A stretch of 63,905 bases of DNA, the filler included, from Octopus bimaculoides (Eukaryota), in NCBI RefSeq assembly GCF_001194135.2. It is 6 parts of 6 records of this genome, joined end to end, with 100 filler letters (N's around TTAATTAATTAA, not from the genome) between each part and the next. Parts side by side here need not be neighbours in the genome. Positions count along the whole stretch, not along the records: positions 18,212 to 44,256 come from NC_068984.1; positions 44,357 to 58,353 come from NC_068987.1; 4 more parts are not named here. One strand, written 5' to 3'. Shown one piece after another: positions 41,876 to 54,379 of the stretch. The position numbers and the translations under genes are program-made. Position 1 is the stretch's first letter; the number at the start of each line of letters is the position of its first letter. The notes beneath the pieces were generated by a model that worked only from the letters and a program-made list of their open reading frames with translations, had not been told where the DNA came from and did no database searches.

Positions 41876-42139
41876 CACCTAGTATATTTTGAAAAGTGGT
41901 TGGCATTAGGAAGGACATCCAGCCATAAAAACCAGCCATAAAAAGCATGCCAAGACAGACAATGGAACTTGGTGCAGCTCTTGTCTAACCATTCAACCCA
42001 TGAAAAATTAATGTTAATGATGATGATGATGGTGGTGGTGGTGGTGGTGGTGGTGGTGGCAATGNNNNNNNNNNNNNNNNNNNNNNNNNNNGGTGGTAGT
42101 GGTGGTGGTGGTGGTGGTGGTGGTGGTGGTGGTGGTGGT

Positions 42140-42720
42140 GTCATGTGGTTACTGACACAATTCCACAGTGACTTGATCATTAATACAGTTCCAATATAAT
42201 CTAGTCACTGACACATGTCCATGGTGACCTGGTGACCGACACAGCTCCACTGTGGCCTTGTCACCAACACACTTCTGTTCTGACCTGGTCACTGATACAG
42301 ACCCATTGTAACCTGACCACTGACGCACTTCCTTTGCGACCTAGTCACTGGTACAGTTCCAGTATGACCTATTCAGTTGCACAGTTCCACCAAGTCCTGA
42401 TCACAGATACATTTCCATATTAGTGACCAGATCAGTATCAGAGTTACATTGTGACCTGGTCATGACAGTTCCACAGTGACCTGGTCACTGACACAGTTTC
42501 ATCATAATCTGGTTCTGACACAGTTCCATTGTGACTGGTCACTGATACAGCTCTATTGTGACCTGGGCTCTGACACATCTTCATTGTGACCTGGTCAATG
42601 TCACAGTTTCCTTGTGTCCTAATTACTAACAAAGTTTCATTGTGATGTGGTCAATCGCACAGTTCCACTGCGACCTAATAATGTAAACACCTTTTTGCAA
42701 CTTATTGTGACCTGGTTGCT
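42140..42720. repeat. Degenerate ~28-bp minisatellite (ACAGTTCCATTGTGACCTGGTCACTGAY)
   Basis: Recurrent GTGACCTGGTCA and CAGTTCCA motifs. Confidence 0.85.
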
Positions 42721-42824
42721 GAACCTTTGACTCCTATTTCTAGCTCATTGCACCCTTTGGTCACTTTTAGTGACAGTGAGTTATTTCCTTTTTGGTTTTA
42801 AATTGCTTCCAGCTACCTTTATTA

Positions 42825-42866
<42 letters not shown>

Positions 42867-42921
42867 GTATATATAAGAAATATACTGGTAGAAGGGGAAG
42901 ACTGTGAAATTTGGTTTGATG

Positions 42922-43400
42922 TTATCTGCACATTTTTCTGTGTTCACTGAGAGGAATTTGCCTGTATTGTGGGAAACAGATTTGCTCTTTATGTAGAGTG
43001 GTTTTCTGTCTCAAGGTCATACTCGTCTGTCCAATATAGTTGTGTCCACAACCCAAGCATGTTATTACATAAATTAGGATTTCAGAGGCGCAAGTGAAAC
43101 TTGTTTCAATTGTGAACCTCTGTCCTTGTTTTAAAAGGAAAACTGAGCCTTCAATGAAGTTGGGGCAGGTTCTACAGTTTGGGCATCCAGATTTTTTAAC
43201 TGTTGGGTTCGTGGTTTTGCAGAGCTTCGCATTTGTTAGTAGTCTCTTTAGCGATTTGTGTTGCTTTTTGCATATGTTGAGTTTGAGTGTTTTCAGGATG
43301 TCGTTCATTTTTGGATCTCTAGTTAGTAAAGGAAAATTTTGCACAATAGTGTTGAATGCCTCACTGTATCTGGGGTTGTGCATTGATATAAACAGTAGTG
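42922..43400 (-). mobile_element. Penelope-like element GIY-YIG endonuclease fragment (153-aa ORF)
   Basis: CPNCRTC...FTCASEILIYVITCLGCGHNYIGQT...LHK: CxxC linker plus LIY...C..C...YIG, diagnostic of the PLE endonuclease. Confidence 0.9.
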
Positions 43401-43456
43401 TTTTTGAGATGAGGCGTGGTGTTATGCTTTGTTGTTCTTAGTGTTTTTATGTCACG

Positions 43457-43695
43457 AACGACATCCTGAAAATGCACAAACTCATCAAGTGCAAAAAGCA
43501 ATACAAATCGCCAAAGAGACTACTAACAAATGCAAAGCTTTACAAAACAACCATGAAACCAATGGTTAAAAAATGCGGACGCCCAAACTTCCTTGAACCT
43601 GCCCCAACTTCCTTGAACGCCTGGATTTCCTTTTCAAACAAAGACAGAGGTTCACAATTAAAACTAGTTTTACTTGTGCCTCTGAGAACTTAATT
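43457..43695 (+). mobile_element. Inverted, diverged partial copy of the adjacent Penelope fragment
   Basis: AACGACATCCTGAAAA...AAAGAGACTACTAACAAATGC...CAGAGGTTCACAATT matches the minus strand of ~43070-43305. Confidence 0.85.
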
Positions 43696-43844
43696 TCGAT
43701 ATATTAAAAATTATATTAAAACTATGTAAAGTGTGTGTATTTTCCATTTTTAATTTCTTATATATATTACAACTCACCATGTGGGGATAATCGAAATTCC
43801 TCTTTTTCTGTTACTATATATATATATATATACACACACACTCT

Positions 43845-44256
43845 TTTACTCTATGGCTTGTTTCAGTCATTTGACTGCAGCCATGCTGGAGCACTGCCTT
43901 TAGTCGAAGAAATCGACCCCGTACTTATTCTTTGTAAGCCTAGTACTTATTCTATTTGTCTCTTTTGCCGAACTGCTAAGTGACGGGGATATAAACACAC
44001 CAGCATCGGTTGTCAAGCAATGCTAGGGTGACAAACACAGACATACAAACACAGACATACAAACAAACACACACACACATATATATACATATATACGGTG
44101 GGCTTCTTTCAGTTTCTGTCTACCAAATCCATTCACAAGGCCTTGGTCGGCTTGAGGCTATAGTAGAAGACACTTGCCCAAGATGCCACGCAGTAGGACT
44201 GAACCCAGATCCATGTGGTTGGTAAGCAAGCAACTTACCACACAGCCACTCTTGTG
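43845..44256 (-). mobile_element. Full-length family-A SINE
   Basis: Same head, microsatellite and tail as 20320-20716. Confidence 0.9.
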
Positions 44257-44425
44257 NNNNNNNNNNNNNNNNNNNNNNNNNNNNNNNNNNNNNNNNNNNN
44301 TTAATTAATTAANNNNNNNNNNNNNNNNNNNNNNNNNNNNNNNNNNNNNNNNNNNNGTTTGCAATAATACTTTTCCATTATTAGATTCATCTGATTAGAC
44401 TGATGTACAAATATGTTAATTATTG

Positions 44426-44489
<64 letters not shown>

Positions 44490-45011
44490 CATTTATACAT
44501 GGGTTTGTTTTGATATTAAGATTGAAAATAATCAACCTTCTTTGTAAAAACTTTTGGATCTGAGTTTTCAGCCCGTAAACAAACATCGAGCCCGCACTTA
44601 TGGCCCGAACATCTTAGACAATAACAGATCATGTGGTCATGCGTGACCTGTCTCTGCGTAAAAGGGGCAAAGGTTACAACTTAAATAGCTGCGATCATGA
44701 TATTACTTTATTGAGAAAGCCTTGGGTTAAATGACAACAGCAATAATGTAAATAACAAACTAAAAAAAAACAACCAACAATTAGATATATGAAATCATAC
44801 AAAACTCCTTTGATATGAAAATCACATTCTTAGGAAACTCATTTATCAAAATATTTCAATCGTCAACTGTGAACAATAGCGACGTTGTTATTCGTTTCCA
44901 TCGAATCAATCAATGCCTGACTCCCTTTCTTCTGGTGTGCGTGAGTAACAATAGGATGTCTGCAACTCGATGGACATCGATTACGGAGCACTTGTTGGTG
45001 CAACTTCGAAG

Positions 45012-45620
45012 GGATCTTTTTTAAAACGGGGGCCACATTTTTCATTAACGAAACACTTTGAAACTTGGAACACTGGTAGAATGTGTCATATAAAACATCT
45101 TTTTCTCTTAGTCTTCTTTAAAAAAAAAAGAAATCCATAAGTTATTCCATGTTAAAGTTGTCGTATTTCTGTAATTTCAACCAATCACTGACGTCCATTC
45201 AGCCGATATACATTAAGTGCCGACTACATAAACAAACGATTCTGAAACAATTAACCCTAACCCTAACCCTAACCCTAACCCTAACCTAGGGTTAACCTAG
45301 GGTTAGGGTTAGGGTTAGGGTTAGGGCTAAAGCAAATTTAAAATGAAAAAAGCAAATAAAACGAAGCTATGGAGATTAAATACACTTTACACCGCTTAAT
45401 CAGCCAAAGGAGTAAATGTAAACAACTGAATACTTGTCAGTGATTGGTTGAAATTATCGAAATAAGACAATTTTTTACATGAAATAAATTCGAATACAAA
45501 AATATTTTTCTGTTCTATAACACAAAATAGATAAGTATACGAAGTTTGAGAGTCTTTCCGTACCAAAAACACTACGTAAAACATTAATGAAAAATGTGGC
45601 CCCCGTTTTAAAATAGATCC
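45012..45620. mobile_element. MITE, copy 1: GGATC TIRs, 8-bp TSD, internal inverted repeats, central telomeric palindrome
   Basis: TSD CTTCGAAG (45004-11 and 45621-28); 37-bp TIR with 1 mismatch; internal IR 45158-45202 / 45426-45470; telomeric repeats 45252-45326. Confidence 0.93.
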
Positions 45621-45935
45621 CTTCGAAGATCAGTTTTTATCACGTCTCAAAGACTACGCTTTCTCTTCAGATGTAGAAAATACTTGCTGCATTGATATCG
45701 GTAACTCAGTGTTTTCTAGGAAGGAAGCACTGCTTAAACAAACACAAATATGAAACACCACATCCGAAAGACAGATATTAATCCAAGTGGGAAACATCCA
45801 TTTAAAATCTCCTGATATCAACGCAACACCTATAACCTCCGCTACGCACAACTTGATACAGGCAGACTGTCTTCATACACAATTTCACAACCCTCTCTCT
45901 CTCTCTCTCACTCACTCACTCACTCTCTTCTCTCA

Positions 45936-45999
<64 letters not shown>

Positions 46000-46029
46000 C
46001 ACACACACATATATATATACACACACATA

Positions 46030-46427
46030 TATATATACACACACATACACACAGGCACCTACGACGGCCTTCTTTCAGGTTTCATCTACCAAATCCATTG
46101 ACAAGGTTTTGATCGGTCCCAGGCTACAATGGAAGGCACGTACCCAATGTGCCACTCTGCGGGACTGAACCCGGAACCATATGGTCGGACTGCAAGTGTA
46201 CATCTATGCAAACTTACAAATATATACATTCATAGACATAATACACAAATATTCTGAAGCTGATGACGAGAATCTTCCTTTATTAATATGTTTATATGTT
46301 AAACAGTTTCTTTTCTTGAGTTTCAATTTGGCAAACCTTTGCTTCCAAATGGCACTCTTCCACCCAAACGCTGCTCTTATGGCGCTGGAAACTCAATTAA
46401 CGAAGCTTCAAGATTTTAGTTATCTAT

Positions 46428-46491
<64 letters not shown>

Positions 46492-47040
46492 GCACACGAA
46501 TGTAGATATGTATATGTATTACATGAGTGTGTTTCTTCGTACGTGAACGGCAATGCATACATGGGAACGGGAAATGTTTAACATCCCTGCGAAGGGATGT
46601 AATTAAATCCCTAATATTTTCTTTTAGGTATTTGAGTGAATGATATTGAGTGAATGAGAAGTTAGCAGGCATGTTATCTGAATAATACGCCTGTATACGT
46701 ATAGACACACACGCACACACACGCACAAACACTCATTTACTAACATATATAAATACATGCATATACACATACCCATACATACCCATACATACCCATACAT
46801 ACATACACACATACCCATACATACATATTTTATCTTTTATTTGTTTCAGTCATTGGACTGCGGCAATGCTGGAGCACTACCCTCAAGGGTTTAGTCGAAC
46901 AAATTGACCCCATTATTTTTTTAAGCCTGGCACTTATTCCAACGGTCTCTGCTCCCGAACCACAAAGTTACAAGGACATAAACAAACCAACACTGGTTTT
47001 AAACGGTAAGGGAGAACAAGCAAAAACACAAAGACACACA
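46030..47040 (-). mobile_element. Family-A fragments (head ~46030-46200; tail ~46830-47040)
   Basis: GGGACTGAACCCGGAACCAT and GTTTCAGTCATTGGACTGCGGC. Confidence 0.75.
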
Positions 47041-47187
47041 CACTCACACATACACATAGAACACACAGAACGACACAAACACAGGTCCACGTGCACACAG
47101 ACACACATACATGCGCACGCTCGCACGCACGCACATGCACGTGCGCGCACACGCTCACACACACACACACACANNNNNNNNNNAAAA

Positions 47188-47740
47188 AAGCGAGGAGACT
47201 GATCAGCGCAGAACAAGTACAATGCCACCTCTCTGCTTAGCACTACCGGCAACATTTACGTTAGAATTGTTCTGGATCGTCTGCTGGATGTTGTGAGAGA
47301 AGTCGTCCCAGAATCTCAATAAGGCTTTCGGCGGTCACTAGGAACGATTGACAGGATTTTCTATGTAAGGCAACTCCAGGAAAAGGCTCGTGAACAGCAG
47401 CAGTTACTCTTCTTCATCACCTGGGACCTTCGCAAAGCCTTCGGCAAGGTTCTCTGATAAGCGATGTCGTCTGTACTCCGTCGCCTTTGTTTCCCCTATC
47501 ATTTCGTCGACCTCATCATTGCACTCCATGACGGCATGGCACAACATGTCTGCACGCAGAATGCACTGTCTGAGCCATTCCCCATCTCCGGATGCCTGAA
47601 AAAGGGCTAACTTCTGACTCCAAATTCGTTCTCTATCTACCTGGCGGCGATGCTCCACGAGATCCAGCGCAACTCTCCTGGTTTTCACATCCACTGTCAT
47701 CCGGAAGGTGGATTATTTCAACCTCGTGCGCCTGAAATAA
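47188..47740 (+). mobile_element. RTE (BovB-like) reverse transcriptase fragment, pseudogenised
   Basis: KRGD...YNATSLLSTTGNIYVRIVLDRL...VPESQ*GFRR...IDRIFYVRQLQEKAREQ...WDLRKAF...LIIALHDGM...SEPFPIS...FSIYLAAML. Confidence 0.9.
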
Positions 47741-47757
47741 AAAGAAATAACAGGCGC

Positions 47758-47914
47758 ATACTTAAGCTTTCACACTTATTATACACACCGTTAATGGAAA
47801 TACAATTATCAATGAGCGAACCTTTGTCCCTCTATACGTAGTCGCTTGACCTGTTCTAAAAAGCAACTCTATATCTCTTAGATCACTGAAAGTGTACAGT
47901 TTTGGAAAGGAACA
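47758..47914 (+). repeat. 157-bp direct repeat, copy 1
   Basis: About 9 mismatches to 49618-49774 by manual alignment. Confidence 0.9.
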
Positions 47915-48124
47915 TGTAGGAGCATATGGGCCTTTAAAATTTAATTCAATTTTATTTAATTCTTTATTTATGGGGACCATGTGACCAATAGGAAGATCTC
48001 TATTTTACTGTTTCAGTGAATTTGTGTATATACATGTGTAGGTATATGTATAATTATGTGATCACGTGATTGACCACATGATCGGATTTTGTTATACATT
48101 GCTGGTAACAATGCGCTTCCCATC

Positions 48125-48343
48125 GTTTCAGCTTTCGAATAATGGGGACCACTGGTTAAGCGAACAACCCACTATTCCTGCTGTTCGGAAGGATATTCCG
48201 TCCCAGAGTGAAGCAGTTATTGCTGAGTGAACTGGAGCAATGTGAAACGAAGAGTACCGGCTGGTGCAGGAATCGAACTCACAATCACTAGATCTAGCGA
48301 CGAACGTGAGTGCAACACCCTAACCACTAAGCCACGCGCCTTC
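48125..48343 (-). mobile_element. Family-B-like tRNA-derived SINE
   Basis: GCGCGTGGCTTAGTGGTTAGGGTG...GAGTTCGATTCC head on minus strand; CTGAGTGAACTGGAGCAATGTGAAA core. Confidence 0.75.
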
Positions 48344-49617
48344 ACGGACTTGTATGTGAGTGTACGTGTGTGTGTACACATGCACACACATGTATGTAGA
48401 TTAGTGTACACGTGTAGAAGCGATGATGTATGTAGATATCAAACGAATTGCTGTTAAGAATGTCATTAAGCATCCAAAGACAAGTTGATGTTGTTTGTAT
48501 GTGTCAGATTGGGAAGTGAGAGGGGGAGATTAAGGTAGCAGAGTAGGGGTGGGAGGGAGAGCAAAAGAGGGGGAGGAGAATAGTATCAAAAATGGTGGGA
48601 AATAGAAACCTACTCACAGAATCAGGATGGGTGGGCCTTCGCTGTGAAATGGTTATGTGTGTGTGTGTAGGAGTGCGTGTGTATGTGAGGGTGCGCATGT
48701 GTGAGGGGATTGTAAAAAAAACCTCAATCTACGGTCTCTCCCCTCCCTCTTCCAACAACATCAATTTTCCTAAACTCGCGGTCACCACCTCCTCTACCAA
48801 GTCCCCCCCCCACACACACACACAATCGCCACCGCAGTCACCACCACTGCGATCTACAAAAACCTGACAGAGGCCACCTGTGCTGGAGTGTTAAAAAAAT
48901 GTTAATTAAGCTTCTTTTTTTACGTTTTTTATGATAGGAGACGAGGTTTTAAACTGTCCGACATAATAATATATTGAGTGACTACCCAGATATATACCCC
49001 AGTTATCCTCCACCCTGATAACCAGTTAGACATCCATCCATTTTGTTATTTATGTATGAAGCCATCGACGGCCATCAACGTCGAACATTGTAACAACTGC
49101 ATCGTTACTTTTGCCCACACCCCCAACGACACCATCACCAACAAACCAACCTATGTACCTCAACCTGGTCCCTCGACATGCTAAAAAAAGCAACCAAATT
49201 TCCAGTAGATTATACCGTAAAGTTTTAGAAAAAGAATAATTTGGAGAATATGGGGCTGGGATCTTTATCCAGAGTAAAACGACTGGATGGTCACCACTGG
49301 AACCCCTTTCATCATAAGTCTACTTAATCAATGTTGGGCTTCGGCTAAGCAACAATAACAAGAAAATCAATACTTATACATCAACGCCATTATTCATGAA
49401 GCAACATAGCAGCCAAATCTCCCTCAAAACCTCACTGCTGTCTGGTGGTGCTAGATATATTGTGTCTGGAGAAAATGGAGAAAATGGAGAAAATCACTCG
49501 TTGAATGTTTTTGATCATAAGTCTTTCATCCTAAATCTATTCAATCAAGACTGACTTTATGTCAACACATAAACAACAGCAACAACAACATTAGTCATGA
49601 ACTAACATGGGGTAGAA

Positions 49618-49774
49618 ATACTTAAACTTTCACACTTATTATACACACCGTTAATGGAAATACAATTACCAATGAACGAACCTTTGTCCCTCTATACGTA
49701 GTCGCTTGACCTGTTCGAAAAAATAGCTCTATATCTCTTAAATCACTGAAAGTGGACAGTTTTGGAAAGGAACA
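49618..49774 (+). repeat. 157-bp direct repeat, copy 2
   Basis: Lies 1860 bp from copy 1, in the same orientation. Confidence 0.9.
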
Positions 49775-49974
49775 GTGATGGATTGGATCTGTAGTCTTCG
49801 AATTAGCCTTCTCCTTTCTTCTTTTCAGAAGCCTAATATCTCAAGATTGGTATTTAGGCAGTGTGTTACATATCACAGGGCCCCAGTAATTGCCGGTATA
49901 AACCTGAACTTCTAATCTAGAGTAACTGCAGATTTATGTATGTATGTATGCATGTATGCATGTATGTATGTATG

Positions 49975-50005
<31 letters not shown>

Positions 50006-50212
50006 GTCTAGTCATTGCGAGATAACAATCTGATCTCGTATATGTATATATATATNNNNNNNNNNNNNNNNNNNNNNNNNNNNNNNNNNNNNNNNNNNNN
50101 NNNNNNNNNNNNNNNNNNNNNNNNNNNNNNNNNNNNNNNNNNNNNNNNNNNNNNNNNNNNNNNNNNNNNNNNNNNNNNNNNNNNNNNNNNNNNNNNNNNN
50201 NNNNNNNNNNNN

Positions 50213-50288
<76 letters not shown>

Positions 50289-51173
50289 TTTCTCGTTATG
50301 GTAAGATCAACAAAAGACACTCCTTTCAGTGTCATTTAATGTACACAGTAAAAAGAGACGACCTTCTATTAGTTTCTTGCTGCGGAAACACGAGTCTAGG
50401 TATGTTTTCTCCAAACCATACCTCAAATTCAGGCTCAAATTCAGTTTTCAAAACAGGACACTGGTAAATTCATATAAAAGAAATAACAGTCAGTAAAAGG
50501 GAAGTTTAGCTTAGATAATGAGAAATTATAATGATTTTATATAATGGGAAAATGTCTTGTAGAATTAAGCCTGCAAGCAAAGAATACGTCAGAGATGCGA
50601 TTTAGTACAGAGGTTTCATATTGGCATAGTATAGGGAGCGATGCGATTACTTGCAATTTAAAGAGTTCCACCTAAGTTATTGACCAGGACAATATTTAAG
50701 TGTGCCCTGGGTCTTGGGGTATAGTATGGAAGTAGGAAGGGAAGTAGATTGTTCAGACGTCCTGTTTGAGAAAAAGCTCCGGTGTGTATCTTAGCGCCAT
50801 TTGAAGCTGATTACAACTCCAATATAGACCTCAGCCTAATAGGAACGTGAAGTTGTGACCGTACATTTATACTCAAAGTTGTAGAGACTCGAAAATTACA
50901 ACTTTTCCAATAACTGAATTATCTTTCGTGGTCCTTACCTTGCGTCGCCGGTATCAAAGTGAGGGAATTTTGCATATTTAAGAGAAGTAAGTCGGGTTTA
51001 TGACTATTTCCTCCTGAGCCGAGACTATCGGCACTTGGAGGATCTGCGTCGACAGCAGAAACTATGGCATTTCAGTATAATTGGATAATGTAGCCGTAGT
51101 AGCATGCGTTGAAATTGATTGTGGGTTGGAAGCGTTTCAAATGGTGTTACTATTAACACGGTTATGAAAGAAG

Positions 51174-51249
51174 CCCGATTAGGGATTCTTCGAGCTCTTT
51201 ATTAGGTGCCCGATTAGGGATTCTTCGAGCTCTTTATTAGGTGCCCGAT
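51174..51249. repeat. Perfect 35-bp tandem duplication
   Basis: CCCGATTAGGGATTCTTCGAGCTCTTTATTAGGTG twice, then CCCGAT. Confidence 0.95.
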
Positions 51250-51649
51250 CTTATGCCTGTTAGAGGCAGTGTTTATAGATCTCAGATTTGGAGTGGAGGA
51301 ATATTCAATTTTAATAGAGTTTATTAAAAATGAAATAGTACTTATGCTCGTGTGGGGAATTGGAGTTGAGAATATTGAAGAAAAGTGAAAGAAAAAATTT
51401 AACATAAAGGGAGAACAGAGGTGCGAACCATAAGATCTTACGGCTTCTGTCTGTCAATGGTGATCAGAATTTATTCCGCGTCAAGGTTGGCCTGGTTACG
51501 ATTCTTCTACATAAAGCGTCAGCATCGCGGAGGTGTAGTGGAGGGAGTCGGCAGGTCGAAGAGTAGGGGTAAGTTTTAGGGGCTTAGTATCGCTGCAAGG
51601 AGTTGGAAGTTCTAGTTCGGTTTTCATTTTTGTATTGAGGATTTAGGAG

Positions 51650-52243
51650 GGATCTTTTTTAAAACGGGGGCCACGTTTTTCATTAACGAAACACTTTGAA
51701 ACTTGGAACACTGGTAAGATGTGTCATATAAAACATCTTTTTTCTCTTAGTCTTCTTAAAAAAAAAGAAATCCCTAAGTTATTCCATGTTAAAGTTGTCG
51801 TATTTCTGTAATTTCAACCAATCACTGACGTCCATTCAGCCGATATACATTAAGTGCCGACTACATAAACAAACGATTCTGAAACAATTAACCCTAACCC
51901 TAACCCTAACCCTAGGGTTAGGGTTAGGGTTAGGGTTAGGGCTAGGGTTAAAGCAAATTTAAAATGAAAAAAAGCAAATAAAACGAAGGTATGGAGATTA
52001 AATACGCTTTACATCGCTTAATCAGTCAAAGGAGTAGATGTAAACAACTGAATACTTGTCAGTGATTGGTTGAAATTATCGAAATAAGACAATTTTTTAC
52101 ATGAAATAAATTCGAATACAAAAATATTTTTCTGTTCTATAACACAAAATAGATAAGTATACGAAGTTTGAAAGTCTTTCCGTACCAAAAACACTACGTA
52201 AAACATTAATGAAAAAATGTGGCCCCCGTTTTAAAATAGATCC
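51650..52243. mobile_element. MITE, copy 2 (same family and orientation as 45012-45620)
   Basis: TSD TTTAGGAG (51642-49 and 52244-51); GGATC...GATCC termini; (TAACCC)4 TAGGG (TTAGGG)4 at 51889-51941. Confidence 0.93.
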
Positions 52244-52568
52244 TTTAGGAGTTCTAAGGGAATCTTATTGCAGCAGTTCTGGTTATAGCGAGGAGCAAAA
52301 TTATCGAAAATATCTTCCTTAGCAGTGAGGTTAATTATTCTAATGGAAATTCCTTTCACTATACTATTTAAAACGGATTTAGGATGATTAAATTGGATGC
52401 TGATGTATTTTAGGGATTCATTCGGTTTATGATAAGGTTAGAGGAAGCTAGATCCTAGGTCAAGAGTAATGTTCAAGTAGTGGCTACTTTGATGCGACCT
52501 TCAAAAGTGACCGAAAGGGTTTAGCTTTTGAAAAATTTGTAGACAGTTTTCTCGATACGCTTAATGGA

Positions 52569-52618
<50 letters not shown>

Positions 52619-52646
52619 TGTGTGTGTGAGTGTGTGTGTGCGTGTG

Positions 52647-52677
<31 letters not shown>

Positions 52678-52993
52678 CTATACGTATAATTCCATGCATT
52701 TAGGGTTTTGCATAGATGGCGTGAATTTGTTGTTCTGGGCTCGAGTCCTCTGAGTGTTTCTATACCCATCTGCGCATGTGTGGTTTATGTCTTGTGGCTT
52801 GTAGTGATTCATGTTACAAGGTACTAAAAAGGCATGATAGTCATGGATGGAACGTCTTTCGTGATAAATTTGCTCGATCAGATTTACCCTGGTACTTAGC
52901 AACAGCAAACCTTCAGTACCATTTCTAAATCACGACCACCACTACTACAATACAAAGTACAAGAACTACTACAAGTAGTAGTAGTAGTAGTAA

Positions 52994-53049
<56 letters not shown>

Positions 53050-53559
53050 TCACAGTAGCAATGCAAACAATACCACTATCGGTGTTGTAATTACAACTGT
53101 TACCCCTCTACTATTTATCAGCTGTACCACCACAATTAACGACTAACGCCACCACCACCACCATTGTATACCAACAATGCATCTCCTACTATCACCCTAC
53201 CATTGCTTGTAATATAAACCATCAGTTTGATCACCACCATCGACTGTACACCAGCAGAGAACACCTCTGCATGCCACTACCATCACAACCACCGCCATCA
53301 CTGTATACCATCGCTGTTACTACCACCACCACTAATCCTCCTCCTCCTCCTCCCCCACCACTCGTACCATGGCACTACCACTGTATCCATTTAACGAAAG
53401 CCAGTAGATCTAATCTAATAACTGAAGTGACACTGGCCTGTCTTCAGTTTTGAGAACTTATTCAATTATCTGACATAGAATGGAAAACGTTGCCCTCGTC
53501 TGCTTGGCATGGTTTCTCATAAACCACACACACGCGCACATACGCACACACACACACAC

Positions 53560-53601
<42 letters not shown>

Positions 53602-53819
53602 GTATCCACCAACATTACACGTCACTCAAACATCACAAACACTTCAATAGATGCATTTACATACGAACAGTAATAAATTTATCGATTTATATATATTTTA
53701 TATCTATATTTATATATATGATTTCATAAATTTGATAATTTATGTATGTGTGTGTGTGCGTGCATGCGGCTATTTGTGTGCGTGTATGTGGATGCATGTA
53801 AGTGTATGTATATGTGTGT

Positions 53820-53866
<47 letters not shown>

Positions 53867-54187
53867 GGGAGAGTGCAAGAGCATTGATTGTACAAAGAAT
53901 GGTACAGACGCAAATCAACAACTTAGAGATAAGTCTAATCCATTACACCATTTCGATATGATTTGGTAGCTGAATGGCAACTGTGCCACTGTCTTTGTAT
54001 GGAATTATATACATTACGCTCCCAAAATACATGCGTGTGTGTGTGTGTATTACATTTATACATATATATGCATATATACATATAAACTCGCACATATATG
54101 CATATGTGTATATACATATATACACAGACATCTATAGAAATATATACATGCATATATATATACATATATATATATATATAATATATG

Positions 54188-54233
<46 letters not shown>

Positions 54234-54379
54234 TATGTATGTATGTATGTATATTATTTACATATTGTAATGTGAGAACATTGCATCCGATTATACACAC
54301 CGGATATCTCTGACTCATTAGTGATGTATCCTATTAAATATTTATTGATTTCTATAAACCTTATCTAGATTTGAATTTA

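Noticed and set aside
45252-45326. Telomeric repeats as a chromosome-fusion scar or true telomere
   Set aside because: Polarity is (CCCTAA)n-(TTAGGG)n, opposite to a fusion, and both arrays sit inside TSD-flanked copies of one MITE.
47758-49774. LTR retrotransposon or TRIM interpretation of the direct repeats
   Set aside because: No TG...CA ends, no flanking TSD, no PBS or PPT, no gag/pol traces.
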